Assembly (NCBI RefSeq): GCF_055900595.2
Contig: NZ_CM148325.1
DNA length: 64,000 nucleotides
Reading direction: 5' to 3' (one strand)
Shown here: one piece after another, positions 49,608 to 61,896 of the stretch
How positions within the stretch are numbered: the stretch's first letter is position 1
Layout of the letters: each line of letters starts with the position of its first letter
Notes under the pieces: generated by a model
The model's input: the letters and a program-made list of their open reading frames with translations, nothing else
Databases searched by the model: none
Told to the model about the DNA's origin: nothing
Position numbers and translations under genes: made by a program

Positions 49608-51041
49608 TTACAGCATGTTCCAGCCGATCAGCATATTCCACCACCACACGCCGAGGGTGATATGTACCAGGAAGGTTAATATCGTCAGTACCGCACCGAC
49701 TAACCACCAGGATTTAATATCGTTATAGCCTACGCCGAAGATGACCGGACCTGCCGCACCGCCATAGTGAGTAACCATGCCGCCATAGGAGTTGGAGAAA
49801 AGCAGCGCCAGCGCAGTTAACATTAACGGTGCGCCGGAGACGTTCGCCAGCATGGCAAATACCGGTAACATGGCAACGATATAGGCACTACCGGAAGCAA
49901 AGAAATAACGCACGATGATGCTAAGGAAAATAATAACGAAGAAAGCTACGTTACCATGACCGTCAAATGCCAGGTTATTTTTAAAGACTTCAGCTAACCA
50001 TTCGAAGAATTTAACTTTCGATAATAAGGAGCTTAAGCCGATAATACCGCCGTACCAGATTAAGGTATTCCAGCCGCCTTTATTTTTCACCACGTCTTCC
50101 CAGGTAACGATCCCCAGCAGCAGCATGGTCGCCATAACAACGATTGCCACAGTGGATTCATCTACCCCGAGCGTTTTACTGAAAATCCAGCCCAACAGCG
50201 CCAGCACAAAGACACCGAGCAGCATTTTTTCGCGGATTTTCATCGGCCCCAGTTCAGCAAGGCCCGCTTTGGCGATAGTTTTGTTATCCACTTTCTTAAT
50301 TTCTGGCGGATACATGGTGTAAATCACCAGCGGAGTGACCAGCAGCATAATGATGCCCGGTAAACCAGCGGCCAGTGCCCATCCACCCCAGCTAATTTGC
50401 AGGTGCAGAATGTCGTTGATCATTTTCAGCGCCAGAATGTTCCCCGCCATTGCGGTAAAGAACATATAGCTGGTGGTTTTGGTGACCATGTAAATGGACA
50501 TCATCAGGTAATGTCCGACACGACGCGGGCTTTTTTCAGGTTCTGACCCCAAAGCCACCGCCACGCTGTTGATGATCGGTAACACAATGCCGCCCGCACG
50601 CGCGGTGTTAGACGGTGTTGCCGGAGCCAGTACCAGATCGAGGAATACCGTAACGTAACCCAGCCCCAGCGTGGTGTTACCGATTTTACCAATCAGCAGA
50701 TAGGCTATACGTTTGCCTAAGCCGGTGGTCACAAATGCGGCGCTTAAGGTAAACGCCGAGAACACCAGCCAGGTGGTACCTGAAGAGTAACCGCTTAATA
50801 CGGCGGTAGTCTTAAATGCACCAGCGGATAAATTACCGACCACCACCATTGAGGCAGCAACGGCAATTAACAGTACGACAGGTTCCGGGAAAGGCTTGAT
50901 AACCAGCCCGACGATTGCTGCCAGGTAAATACCAAAAAGCACCCACGCCAGTTCGCTTAATCCTGCCGGAGCTGGCATAAAGCCAATAATACATGGGATC
51001 GCTAATATCAGAATTAGCTTCCATAACGATTTTTTATTCAT
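49608..51041 (-). CDS. ybhI: DASS-family anion:sodium symporter YbhI
   Basis: 477 aa polytopic membrane protein; K-12 synteny. Confidence 0.9.
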   Translation of the reverse strand: MNKKSLWKLILILAIPCIIGFMPAPAGLSELAWVLFGIYLAAIVGLVIKPFPEPVVLLIAVAASMVVVGNLSAGAFKTTAVLSGYSSGTTWLVFSAFTLSAAFVTTGLGKRIAYLLIGKIGNTTLGLGYVTVFLDLVLAPATPSNTARAGGIVLPIINSVAVALGSEPEKSPRRVGHYLMMSIYMVTKTTSYMFFTAMAGNILALKMINDILHLQISWGGWALAAGLPGIIMLLVTPLVIYTMYPPEIKKVDNKTIAKAGLAELGPMKIREKMLLGVFVLALLGWIFSKTLGVDESTVAIVVMATMLLLGIVTWEDVVKNKGGWNTLIWYGGIIGLSSLLSKVKFFEWLAEVFKNNLAFDGHGNVAFFVIIFLSIIVRYFFASGSAYIVAMLPVFAMLANVSGAPLMLTALALLFSNSYGGMVTHYGGAAGPVIFGVGYNDIKSWWLVGAVLTILTFLVHITLGVWWWNMLIGWNML

Positions 51042-51115
51042 TTAAAATCCTGTTCTTTCTGTATGACTTATACAGAAGTCCTTTGTTAATTGCCCTTATC
51101 ACGACAACGACCTTT

Positions 51116-52168
51116 TCAGGGAAGATAAACTTCACCGGAAAATATTTTTCTGGTCGTCCGAATAACAGATGCGCGTAAGGTTGTGGCATCCTGACCTTCA
51201 TTGCTTAAATGAACGTCGAGCGCACCACTGGGATGTTCAATATTGATATTGCCATATCCTACAGAAGGGACGATTTGTCGGGTGACGGTGCCTTCCAATG
51301 CACAACTACTGGAAATGGCAATAGCACCGGTTATCGCCAGCGCACGATGGCAGGAGTGCGGCATAAAATAACGCACATTAATTGCCCCGCCTTTCTGTGC
51401 TGGAGAAATAAGCACAGGCTTAGGGATAACCATATTACTGACATCACCTAAGCCCATTGCTTTACCCGCTTGTAGGCGGATAGATTCAATGCGGGCTAAT
51501 AATGTTTTGTCGGCATCCAGTTCCGCCGGTAATTCATAGCCTGTTTTACCCAAATAATCAGCCGGAATAATGACGACTGGCATCGCCATATCGATACAAG
51601 TCACTGGAACATCGTCAAAATAATCGATCTGATTATCAGTCGGGAAAACTTTTCCGGTTTTGGTTCCAGCGGCATTCAGGAAAGTGAGCGCAACCGGTGC
51701 GGCAGTACCCGGTACGCCGTCAATTCTGGTGCTACCCTCGTACTCGACAACACCATTTGGCGTTTGCACATCAGCTTCGATGAACGTACCCGTATTGACG
51801 TTGCGGATACGTACGCGGGTAACTGGCGAAGTCGCTGCAATCAAACCATTTTCAATGGCGAATGCCCCAACGCCAGACAGCATATTGCCGCAGTTAGGTG
51901 TAGTGTCGACACGTTGCTCATGGACGATAACCTGAGCAAACAGATAATCGACGTCAGCACGCGGATCGCTGGAACGGCTAATTATGGCGACTTTACTGGT
52001 CAGCGGATTACCGCCGCCAATACCGTCAATTTCCAGATCGTTACCGGAACCCATAATTGCCATCAATATTTTATCGCGCTGCGTTTGATCTTCGGGTAGA
52101 TGTTCCGCTAACAGGAACGCGCCCCTCGAGGTTCCACCTCGCATCATCACGCAGGGTATTTTTTTCAT
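51116..52168 (-). CDS. ybhH: PrpF-family isomerase YbhH
   Basis: 350 aa, MKKIPCVMMRGGTSRGAFLLAEHLP... is a typical PrpF/AcnD-accessory N-terminus. Confidence 0.9.
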   Translation of the reverse strand: MKKIPCVMMRGGTSRGAFLLAEHLPEDQTQRDKILMAIMGSGNDLEIDGIGGGNPLTSKVAIISRSSDPRADVDYLFAQVIVHEQRVDTTPNCGNMLSGVGAFAIENGLIAATSPVTRVRIRNVNTGTFIEADVQTPNGVVEYEGSTRIDGVPGTAAPVALTFLNAAGTKTGKVFPTDNQIDYFDDVPVTCIDMAMPVVIIPADYLGKTGYELPAELDADKTLLARIESIRLQAGKAMGLGDVSNMVIPKPVLISPAQKGGAINVRYFMPHSCHRALAITGAIAISSSCALEGTVTRQIVPSVGYGNINIEHPSGALDVHLSNEGQDATTLRASVIRTTRKIFSGEVYLP

Positions 52169-52351
52169 AATAATGCCCTCAATTTAAAAACATAACTTAT
52201 TGCGATATGGTTACATTAAGGGCAAAGCATCTCTAATGACTTTAGCTCAACGATTAATAACATTTTTTCATTAATTTAAGTTGGCTAAATGCAGTTAAAA
52301 TTTTTAACGGCCTGTCATCCAAAATCGTCGCATCCATTTTTCGGAGTAATA

Positions 52352-53305
52352 ATGAAGCATGAATTATCAAGTATGAAGGCATTTGTCATACTGGCAGAGT
52401 CCAGTTCATTTAACAATGCTGCTAAATTACTCAATATTACGCAACCTGCATTAACGCGAAGAATAAAAAAGATGGAAGAGGATTTACATATTCAACTATT
52501 TGAGCGTACAACTCGCAAGGTTACGTTAACAAAAGCAGGAAAAAGGTTGCTCCCGGAGGCACGGGAATTAATAAAGAAATTCGATGAAACGCTTTTTAAT
52601 ATTCGTGATATGAATGCTTATCATCGTGGTATGGTGACGTTAGCGTGTATTCCGACCGCAGTATTTTATTTTTTACCACTGGCAATCGGTAAATTTAATG
52701 AGCTGTATCCCAATATTAAAGTGCGGATTCTGGAACAAGGCACGAATAATTGCATGGAATCGGTGCTGTGTAACGAATCAGACTTTGGCATAAACATGAA
52801 CAACGTCACAAATTCATCCATTGATTTTACCCCACTGGTCAACGAGCCGTTTGTGCTGGCCTGTCGGCGTGACCACCCATTAGCCAAAAAGCAGCTTGTA
52901 GAATGGCAGGAGTTAGTAGGTTACAAAATGATTGGCGTACGCTCCTCCCGCGGCAACCGACTGCTGATAGAACAGCAACTGGCCGACAAGCCCTGGAAGC
53001 TGGATTGGTTTTACGAAGTGCGTCATCTTTCGACGTCGTTAGGACTGGTAGAGGCGGGACTGGGGATTTCAGCGCTTCCTGGTCTTGCAATGCCCCATGC
53101 GCCCTATTCTTCCATTATTGGTATCCCGCTGGTGGAACCCGTTATACGTCGGACATTGGGGATTATTCGCCGCAAAGATGCCGTACTTTCTCCGGCTGCA
53201 GAACGCTTTTTTGCCTTGCTGATTAATTTATGGACCGACGATAAAGACAACTTGTGGACCAATATCGTCGAACGCCAGAGACATGCGTTACAGGAGATAG
53301 GTTAA
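52352..53305 (+). CDS. ybhD: LysR-family regulator YbhD
   Basis: Start MKHELSSMKAFVILAESSSFNNAAKLLNITQPALTRRIKKMEEDL (HTH); divergent from ybhH. Confidence 0.9.
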   Translation: MKHELSSMKAFVILAESSSFNNAAKLLNITQPALTRRIKKMEEDLHIQLFERTTRKVTLTKAGKRLLPEARELIKKFDETLFNIRDMNAYHRGMVTLACIPTAVFYFLPLAIGKFNELYPNIKVRILEQGTNNCMESVLCNESDFGINMNNVTNSSIDFTPLVNEPFVLACRRDHPLAKKQLVEWQELVGYKMIGVRSSRGNRLLIEQQLADKPWKLDWFYEVRHLSTSLGLVEAGLGISALPGLAMPHAPYSSIIGIPLVEPVIRRTLGIIRRKDAVLSPAAERFFALLINLWTDDKDNLWTNIVERQRHALQEIG

Positions 53306-53345
53306 TACTCCGGCGCAGGAGAGACTGCGCCGGGTGAATCAGCGG

Positions 53346-54377
<1,032 letters not shown>

Positions 54378-54495
54378 CTAAAATTAGTCGCTTTTGGCGG
54401 TGAATGCTGAATTAAAACGCAGAATTTTGTCCGATAGTGGTATCGGTGTACCATTCGCGCAGACGAAAATTCTTAACCTTAATCTGGAATACGCC

Positions 54496-55314
54496 ATGAC
54501 CACACGCGTGATTGCACTCGACTTAGACGGCACCTTATTGACCCCGAAAAAAACCTTGCTTCCTTCATCGATAGAAACCCTGGCCCGCGCTCGCGAAGCA
54601 GGCTATCAATTAATCATCGTCACGGGCCGCCATCACGTCGCTATTCATCCTTTTTATCAGGCGCTGGCGCTGGATACACCTGCTATTTGCTGTAATGGCA
54701 CCTATTTGTATGATTATCATGCAAAAACAGTACTTGAAGCCGATCCAATGCCCGTTAATAAAGCCCTGCAACTCATTGAGATGCTGAATGAACACCACAT
54801 TCACGGTCTGATGTATGTGGATGATGCAATGGTCTATGAGCACCCGACCGGGCATGTCATTCGCACGTCTAACTGGGCGCAAACCCTGCCGCCGGAACAG
54901 CGTCCGACCTTTACCCAGGTTGCTTCACTGGCCGAGACAGCGCAGGAAGTTAACGCAGTATGGAAGTTCGCCCTGACACACGATGACCTGCCGCAATTGC
55001 AGCATTTTGGTAAGCATGTTGAACATGAATTGGGACTGGAGTGTGAATGGTCCTGGCACGATCAGGTTGATATTGCCCGCGGTGGTAACAGCAAAGGTAA
55101 ACGCCTGACGAAATGGGTTGAGGCGCAAGGCTGGTCGATGGAAAACGTCGTCGCATTCGGCGATAATTTTAATGATATCAGTATGCTGGAAGCCGCTGGT
55201 ACAGGCGTGGCGATGGGCAACGCTGATGACGCAGTAAAAGCGCGTGCCAACATTGTGATTGGTGATAACACCACCGACAGCATTGCCCAGTTCATTTATA
55301 ACCACCTGATTTAA
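54496..55314 (+). CDS. ybhA: HAD-family phosphatase YbhA (PLP phosphatase)
   Basis: Start MTTRVIALDLDGTLL (HAD motif I). Confidence 0.9.
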   Translation: MTTRVIALDLDGTLLTPKKTLLPSSIETLARAREAGYQLIIVTGRHHVAIHPFYQALALDTPAICCNGTYLYDYHAKTVLEADPMPVNKALQLIEMLNEHHIHGLMYVDDAMVYEHPTGHVIRTSNWAQTLPPEQRPTFTQVASLAETAQEVNAVWKFALTHDDLPQLQHFGKHVEHELGLECEWSWHDQVDIARGGNSKGKRLTKWVEAQGWSMENVVAFGDNFNDISMLEAAGTGVAMGNADDAVKARANIVIGDNTTDSIAQFIYNHLI

Positions 55315-56373
55315 TCAGGCGGTTATCGAGACACTTTTAATTTGCGCGTATAGCCACAGGCCAGGTTTGATCGCCAGTTCATCCCTGGCCCACGGGCTTA
55401 TTCGCGCCCACAGCGTTTTACCGCCGACTTCCAATTCCACTTCCACCTGACCGTTGTCGTCATAGCTATTGACGACTTTGGCGCGCAGCACATTGCGGAT
55501 GCTGGTTTGTTGCGGCGGTTGTAAAACCAGAGAAACATCGGAAGCCTGGATGCGGATGCGTAGCGCGGCTTGCAGCGGTTCATCCAGCTTATTAACCCAC
55601 AAATGCTGATCGCCCAGCGCCAGCGCGGTCATCGCGTAATGCGGATGATGTTCCAGTACCGTTACTTTCAGAATGCTGCTTTGTTGCTCTTTCGGCAACC
55701 ATGGATTCATTACGCTACTGCCCCAGACTTCTTCCAGCGCACCGAACGCTTTCACCTGGCCGTTTTCCAGTACCATCACTCGGTCTGCCAGATGGAGGAT
55801 CTCATCCAGCGAATGGCTGACATAGAGCATTGGAATGTTGATTTCCCGCGTCAACCGTTGCAGATAAGGCAATAGCTCGCGTTTTCGCGGAAGATCCAGC
55901 GAGGCCAGTGGTTCATCCAGCAACAGCAATTCCGGTGCTGTCAGCAAAGCCCGCCCAATCGCCACACGCTGTTTTTCGCCTCCGGACAGGCTGCCTGGTA
56001 AACGGTCAAGCAACGGTTCAATGCCTAAAAGCGCCACCAGCTTATCGAACTGATCGGCCATGCTTTTCGCCATGCCGTAGCGCAGATTTCCACGTACTTT
56101 GTAATGCGGAAACAGCCGCGCATCCTGAAACACATAACCAACGCGACGCTTTTCTGGCGAAAGGCAGATCCCTTTTTCGGCGTCATTTAGTACCCGACCA
56201 TTGAGGACAATCCGCCCTTTTTGCGGACGTGTCAGCCCACTGATGGCATTAATCAGCGAGGTTTTTCCGGCACCAGAGACGCCAAAGATAGCGGTGATAC
56301 CATTGGCGGGCAGCGTTTCATTAATGGCCAGGCAATGATTGCCCAACGTCTGGGAAAAATTCAGTTCCAGCAT
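55315..56373 (-). CDS. modC: Molybdate ABC transporter ATPase
   Basis: 352 aa; Walker [10 protein letters not shown], signature LSGGEKQR, C-terminal Mop domain. Confidence 0.95.
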   Translation of the reverse strand: MLELNFSQTLGNHCLAINETLPANGITAIFGVSGAGKTSLINAISGLTRPQKGRIVLNGRVLNDAEKGICLSPEKRRVGYVFQDARLFPHYKVRGNLRYGMAKSMADQFDKLVALLGIEPLLDRLPGSLSGGEKQRVAIGRALLTAPELLLLDEPLASLDLPRKRELLPYLQRLTREINIPMLYVSHSLDEILHLADRVMVLENGQVKAFGALEEVWGSSVMNPWLPKEQQSSILKVTVLEHHPHYAMTALALGDQHLWVNKLDEPLQAALRIRIQASDVSLVLQPPQQTSIRNVLRAKVVNSYDDNGQVEVELEVGGKTLWARISPWARDELAIKPGLWLYAQIKSVSITA

Positions 56374-56375
56374 GA

Positions 56376-57065
56376 TTAGCGCCCCGCCCGTTCACGGCTG
56401 ATTCTGGCCAGCCATTCAGAAATCAACAGGGAGATCATCGCCAGCGCAATAGAGATAATGCACAGTCTCGCCGCGCCACTTTCCCCGCCGGGAGTCTGGA
56501 TCAGGGTATACATGGCAGAAGGAATGGTTCGCGTTTCACCAGGAATGTTAGAAACAAAGGTTATGGTTGCCCCAAACTCACCGAGCGAACGAGCGAATGC
56601 CAGTACCGTACCGACGATAATTCCCGGTAGGGTCAGCGGTAACGTGATAGTAAAGAACACGCGCCAGCGCCCTGCCCCCAATGTTCTTGCGGCCTGTTCC
56701 AGTTTGACATCAACCCCTTCCAGCGCCAGACGAATTGCCCGCACCATCAACGGAAACGACATCACGGCGGCAGCGAGAACCGCGCCACGCCAGCTAAAGG
56801 CGAAGGTAATGCCAAACCAGTCATACAGACGTTCACCGATAAATCCGCGCCGTCCCATCGAAACTAATAACAAGTAACCGACGACCACGGGCGGTAACAC
56901 CAGCGGTAGATGCAGTACGCTATCGAGCAGAGCTTTGCCCGGAAATGTGCAACGCACCAGTAACCAGGCAAAAAAGATCCCAAACGGCAGGCTAAACAGC
57001 ACAGCCAGGGAAGAAACTTTCAGGCTTAATAAAACCGCCTGCCATTCTGGATCGGTCAGTATCAT
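56376..57065 (-). CDS. modB: Molybdate ABC transporter permease
   Basis: 229 aa membrane protein between modA and modC. Confidence 0.95.
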   Translation of the reverse strand: MILTDPEWQAVLLSLKVSSLAVLFSLPFGIFFAWLLVRCTFPGKALLDSVLHLPLVLPPVVVGYLLLVSMGRRGFIGERLYDWFGITFAFSWRGAVLAAAVMSFPLMVRAIRLALEGVDVKLEQAARTLGAGRWRVFFTITLPLTLPGIIVGTVLAFARSLGEFGATITFVSNIPGETRTIPSAMYTLIQTPGGESGAARLCIISIALAMISLLISEWLARISRERAGR

Positions 57066-57838
57066 TACTTGGTTGTAAATCCGTAGCGTTTAAAAATTTC
57101 CGCAGCCTGCGGTCCCTTCAGATAATCATAAAATGCTTTTACTGTCGCATTGTTATGTCCTTCCACAACAGCAACCGGATATTCCACTTTTTTATGTGAA
57201 TCTTCCGGGAAGGTGGCAACCACTTTTACCCCTTTGCTGGCAACAGCGTCAGAACCGTAAACAATACCCAGCGGCGCTTCATTGCGTTCGACCAACGCCA
57301 GCGCGCCACGAACATCTTCCGCCGGAGCCAGTTTCGGGGAGAGCGTATCCCATGCGCCCAGTTTTTGCAGTGCTTCTTTTGCATAAATGCCAGCGGGAAC
57401 ATGTTCCGGATCACCAACCGCCAGGCGACCGCCATTCAGCAGCGAAGTCCAGTTGGTTTTGCTGTCAATGGAGAAATCTTTCTGCTCGCTGGCTTTCGGT
57501 GCTACAACAACCAGGCTATTACCGAGTAGAGTCTGACGCGAGGCCGTATCGATCGCTTTTTTATCAACCGCATAATCCATCCATTTCTGATCGGCAGAAA
57601 TAAACAGATCCGCAGGCGCACCCGCTTCAATCTGACGGGCCAGGGTAGAAGACGAGGCGAAAGAAGAGACGATATCTACGCCTTTCTCTTTTTTATACTG
57701 CGTAGCGATGTCCTGCATTGCGTTAGTCAGTGATGCGGCGGCGAACACCGTGATTTTTCCTTCATCTGCCAGTACATTGCCAGCAACAGCGAAAGAGAAT
57801 GCCGCCCCGGCAAACAAGTTCAACCATTTACGAGCCAT
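57065..57838 (-). CDS. modA: Molybdate-binding periplasmic protein
   Basis: 257 aa with signal peptide MARKWLNLFAGAAFSFAVAGNVLA. Confidence 0.95.
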   Translation of the reverse strand: MARKWLNLFAGAAFSFAVAGNVLADEGKITVFAAASLTNAMQDIATQYKKEKGVDIVSSFASSSTLARQIEAGAPADLFISADQKWMDYAVDKKAIDTASRQTLLGNSLVVVAPKASEQKDFSIDSKTNWTSLLNGGRLAVGDPEHVPAGIYAKEALQKLGAWDTLSPKLAPAEDVRGALALVERNEAPLGIVYGSDAVASKGVKVVATFPEDSHKKVEYPVAVVEGHNNATVKAFYDYLKGPQAAEIFKRYGFTTK

Positions 57839-57857
57839 TGGTAACCCCTTAATGTGA

Positions 57858-57881
57858 CGTTATGTAGGCGACAATATAACG
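57858..57881. promoter_or_regulatory. ModE operator at the modA promoter
   Basis: Inverted repeat CGTTATGT-N8-ATATAACG, about 20 bp upstream of the modA ATG. Confidence 0.5.
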
Positions 57882-58003
57882 GCAAGTTCAGAATTTTCCC
57901 AGCAGTTATTGCTAACCTTTGTGAGGTTGATGAAAAAAATATCGGCAGGAAAAGCAGGAAGTTGAGAAAAAGAAAATGCCCGACTAAGCGGGCATTCAGA
58001 GAA

Positions 58004-58171
<168 letters not shown>

Positions 58172-58281
58172 TCATGAGACTATTCTAACCGCTAAGCACA
58201 GAAAAGCACTCCCCTTTTGTGCGGTCAGCTTTGCGTGGCGTTCGTTTTCCGTCACAATAAGACTTTTGCCAGGACATTGTT

Positions 58282-59070
58282 ATGCAGGCCGAAATCCTTC
58301 TCACCCTTAAGCTCCAACAAAAATTATTCGCCGACCCGCGCCGCATTTCGTTACTAAAACACATTGCGCTTTCCGGTTCCATTAGCCAGGGAGCGAAAGA
58401 TGCCGGTATCAGCTATAAAAGCGCCTGGGATGCCATTAACGAGATGAATCAGTTAAGTGAGCATATTCTGGTTGAGCGCGCAACAGGCGGTAAAGGTGGC
58501 GGCGGCGCAGTACTGACCCGCTATGGTCAGCGACTGATTCAGCTCTATGATTTACTGGCGCAAATCCAGCAAAAAGCCTTTGATGTGTTAAGTGACGATG
58601 ACGCCTTGCCGCTGAACAGCCTGCTGGCCGCGATCTCACGTTTTTCACTGCAGACCAGTGCCCGTAACCAGTGGTTTGGCACCATCACCGCCCGCGATCA
58701 TGATGACATTCAACAACATGTTGATGTCTTACTGGCCGATGGCAAAACACGCCTTAAAGTCGCGATTACCGCACAAAGTGGCGCACGTCTGGGACTGGAT
58801 GAAGGCAAAGAAGTGTTGATTCTGCTGAAAGCGCCGTGGGTGAACATTACTCAGGATGACACTGTCGCCCAGGGTGCCGACAACCAATTGCCGGGCATTA
58901 TTCGTCATATAGAGCGCGGTGCAGAACAGTGCGAAGTATTAATGGCGTTACCTGACGGGCAAACTCTGTGCGCCACGGTGCCGGTAAATGAAGCAGCTTC
59001 TCTTGAACAAGGGCAGAATGCCACGGCTTACTTTAACGCCGACAGCGTGATTATCGCTACGCTTTGCTAA
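58282..59070 (+). CDS. modE: Molybdate-responsive regulator ModE
   Basis: 262 aa, MQAEILLTLKLQQKLFADPRRISLLKHIALSGSISQGAKDAGISYKSAW... Confidence 0.95.
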   Translation: MQAEILLTLKLQQKLFADPRRISLLKHIALSGSISQGAKDAGISYKSAWDAINEMNQLSEHILVERATGGKGGGGAVLTRYGQRLIQLYDLLAQIQQKAFDVLSDDDALPLNSLLAAISRFSLQTSARNQWFGTITARDHDDIQQHVDVLLADGKTRLKVAITAQSGARLGLDEGKEVLILLKAPWVNITQDDTVAQGADNQLPGIIRHIERGAEQCEVLMALPDGQTLCATVPVNEAASLEQGQNATAYFNADSVIIATLC

Positions 59071-59137
59071 GCGTGTTGACAATTTGTTATGAAACACGTA
59101 TCCCTGTCAGTAATCGCTGCAAAAAATGGGATATAAA

Positions 59138-60610
59138 ATGTCATCGTTGCAAATTTTGCAAGGCACGTTTCGTCTTAGCGACACAAAAACGCTGCAATTG
59201 TCTCAGCTAACGTTAAACGCGGGTGATAGTTGGGCGTTTGTCGGTTCGAATGGAAGCGGGAAGTCGGCGCTGGCCCGCGCGCTGGCGGGGGAACTTCCGC
59301 TTTTGAAAGGTGAACGACAAAGTCAGTTTTCCCACATCACTCGTCTCTCCTTCGAGCAATTGCAAAAGCTCGTCAGCGACGAATGGCAACGGAATAACAC
59401 CGATATGCTCGGCCCTGGCGAAGATGACACCGGACGCACTACGGCTGAAATCATTCAGGATGAAATTAAGGATGCACAGCGTTGTGCGCAGTTGGCGCAG
59501 CAGTTCGGCATTACCGCCCTTCTCGACCGACGCTTTAAATACCTTTCCACTGGCGAGACGCGAAAAACCCTGCTGTGTCAGGCGCTGATGTCGGAGCCAG
59601 ACTTGTTGATTCTTGATGAGCCGTTCGATGGCCTGGATGTTGCCTCACGTCAGCAGCTGGCTGAGCGACTCGCCTCGTTACATCAGTCCGGTATTACCCT
59701 GGTACTGGTGCTCAATCGCTTCGATGAGATCCCGGAATTTGTCCAGTTTGCTGGCGTGCTGGCGGATTGCACGTTAGCGGAAACTGGCGCTAAAGAGGAA
59801 CTGCTCCAACAAGCACTCGTCGCGCAACTGGCGCATAGCGAACAGCTTGAAGGTGTGCAACTGCCGGAGCCAGATGAACCTTCAGCACGTCACGCCTTAC
59901 CTGCCAACGAACCGCGCATTGTGCTGAACAACGGCGTGGTTTCTTATAACGATCGCCCCATTCTTAATAACCTTAGCTGGCAGGTGAATCCAGGCGAGCA
60001 CTGGCAAATTGTCGGGCCAAATGGCGCGGGAAAATCGACGCTATTAAGCCTGATTACAGGCGATCATCCGCAAGGTTACAGCAACGATTTAACACTTTTC
60101 GGACGACGTCGCGGCAGCGGCGAAACCATCTGGGATATCAAAAAGCATATCGGTTACGTCAGCAGTAGTTTGCATCTGGATTACCGGGTCAGCACTACCG
60201 TGCGTAATGTGATCCTTTCTGGCTATTTTGATTCGATTGGCATTTATCAGGCCGTTTCAGATCGCCAGCAAAAACTGGTGCAGCAGTGGCTGGATATTCT
60301 CGGCATTGATAAACGCACGGCTGACGCTCCTTTCCATAGTCTTTCCTGGGGACAGCAGCGTCTGGCGCTGATCGTTCGCGCACTGGTGAAGCATCCGACT
60401 TTGCTTATTCTTGATGAACCTTTACAGGGCCTTGATCCACTCAATCGCCAGCTTATCCGCCGTTTTGTTGATGTGCTGATTAGCGAAGGTGAAACGCAAT
60501 TATTGTTTGTTTCACACCACGCCGAAGATGCGCCCGCCTGTATTTCACATCGTCTTGAGTTCGTGCCGGACGGTGACCTCTATCGTTATGCGCTGACAAA
60601 AATAAACTGA
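59138..60610 (+). CDS. modF: ABC-family ATPase ModF (two ATP-binding cassettes)
   Basis: Start MSSLQILQGTFRLSD; Walker A GSNGSGKS and GPNGAGKS. Confidence 0.92.
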   Translation: MSSLQILQGTFRLSDTKTLQLSQLTLNAGDSWAFVGSNGSGKSALARALAGELPLLKGERQSQFSHITRLSFEQLQKLVSDEWQRNNTDMLGPGEDDTGRTTAEIIQDEIKDAQRCAQLAQQFGITALLDRRFKYLSTGETRKTLLCQALMSEPDLLILDEPFDGLDVASRQQLAERLASLHQSGITLVLVLNRFDEIPEFVQFAGVLADCTLAETGAKEELLQQALVAQLAHSEQLEGVQLPEPDEPSARHALPANEPRIVLNNGVVSYNDRPILNNLSWQVNPGEHWQIVGPNGAGKSTLLSLITGDHPQGYSNDLTLFGRRRGSGETIWDIKKHIGYVSSSLHLDYRVSTTVRNVILSGYFDSIGIYQAVSDRQQKLVQQWLDILGIDKRTADAPFHSLSWGQQRLALIVRALVKHPTLLILDEPLQGLDPLNRQLIRRFVDVLISEGETQLLFVSHHAEDAPACISHRLEFVPDGDLYRYALTKIN

Positions 60611-60776
60611 GTCGGTAATGCTGACTGTACCGGAGGCGGCCTAAGCGCCCTCTCCGGCCTAAAGTTCGACGCATCCAGGCATGAAACCGCGACTTTTTTC
60701 AGATAAAAAGCGCAATCATTCATAAACCCTCTGTTTTATAATCACTTAATCGTGCATAAAGAACGGCTAAATTCTT

Positions 60777-60870
60777 GTGTAAACGATTCCACTAATTTAT
60801 TCCATGTCACACTTTTCGCATCTTTGTTATGCTATGGTTATTTCATACCATAAGCCTAATGGAGCGAATT
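60777..60870 (+). promoter_or_regulatory. gal promoter region: OE operator, CRP site, P1/P2
   Basis: OE GTGTAAACGATTCCAC (60777-60792), then ATTTATTCCATGTCACACTTTTCG and TATGCTATGGTTATTTCATACC. Confidence 0.85.
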
Positions 60871-61887
60871 ATGAGAGTTCTGGTTACCGGTGGTAGCGGT
60901 TACATTGGAAGTCATACCTGTGTGCAATTACTGCAAAACGGTCATGATGTCATCATTCTTGATAACCTCTGTAACAGTAAGCGCAGCGTACTGCCTGTTA
61001 TCGAGCGTTTAGGCGGCAAACATCCAACGTTTGTTGAAGGCGATATCCGTAACGAAGCGTTGATGACCGAGATCCTGCACGATCACGCTATCGACACCGT
61101 GATCCACTTCGCCGGGCTGAAAGCCGTTGGCGAATCGGTACAAAAACCGCTTGAATATTACGACAACAATGTCAACGGTACTCTGCGCCTGATTAGCGCC
61201 ATGCGCGCCGCTAACGTCAAAAACTTTATCTTCAGCTCCTCCGCCACCGTTTATGGCGATCAGCCCAAAATTCCATACGTTGAAAGCTTCCCGACCGGCA
61301 CACCACAAAGTCCTTACGGCAAAAGCAAGCTGATGGTGGAACAGATCCTCACCGATCTGCAAAAAGCCCAGCCGGACTGGAGCATTGCCCTGCTGCGCTA
61401 TTTCAACCCGGTTGGCGCGCATCCGTCGGGTGATATGGGCGAAGATCCGCAAGGTATTCCGAATAACCTGATGCCATACATCGCCCAGGTTGCTGTAGGC
61501 CGTCGCGACTCGCTGGCGATTTTTGGTAACGATTATCCGACCGAAGATGGTACTGGCGTGCGTGATTACATCCACGTAATGGATCTGGCGGATGGACACG
61601 TCGTGGCGATGGAAAAACTGGCGAACAAGCCAGGCGTACACATCTACAACCTCGGCGCTGGCGTAGGCAGCAGCGTGCTGGACGTGGTGAATGCCTTCAG
61701 TAAAGCCTGCGGCAAACCGGTTAACTATCATTTTGCACCGCGTCGCGAGGGCGATCTTCCGGCCTACTGGGCGGACGCCAGCAAAGCCGACCGTGAACTG
61801 AACTGGCGCGTAACGCGCACACTCGATGAAATGGCGCAGGACACCTGGCACTGGCAGTCACGCCATCCACAGGGATATCCCGATTAA
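60871..61887 (+). CDS. galE: UDP-glucose 4-epimerase
   Basis: 338 aa from MRVLVTGGSGYIGSHTCVQLL (Rossmann GxxGxxG). Confidence 0.97.
   Translation: MRVLVTGGSGYIGSHTCVQLLQNGHDVIILDNLCNSKRSVLPVIERLGGKHPTFVEGDIRNEALMTEILHDHAIDTVIHFAGLKAVGESVQKPLEYYDNNVNGTLRLISAMRAANVKNFIFSSSATVYGDQPKIPYVESFPTGTPQSPYGKSKLMVEQILTDLQKAQPDWSIALLRYFNPVGAHPSGDMGEDPQGIPNNLMPYIAQVAVGRRDSLAIFGNDYPTEDGTGVRDYIHVMDLADGHVVAMEKLANKPGVHIYNLGAGVGSSVLDVVNAFSKACGKPVNYHFAPRREGDLPAYWADASKADRELNWRVTRTLDEMAQDTWHWQSRHPQGYPD
60890..60905 (+). promoter_or_regulatory. gal internal operator OI
   Basis: GTGGTAGCGGTTACAT inside the 5' end of galE. Confidence 0.8.
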
Positions 61888-61896
61888 GGAACGACC

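Noticed and set aside
61009-61851. 280-aa antisense ORF inside galE. Similar long antisense ORFs occur inside bioA (5586-6128, 5770-6360), galT (62596-63258), bioF/bioB, ybhH and pgl.
   Set aside because: These are typical shadow ORFs on the opposite strand of well-recognised, highly conserved genes. They have no independent signals.
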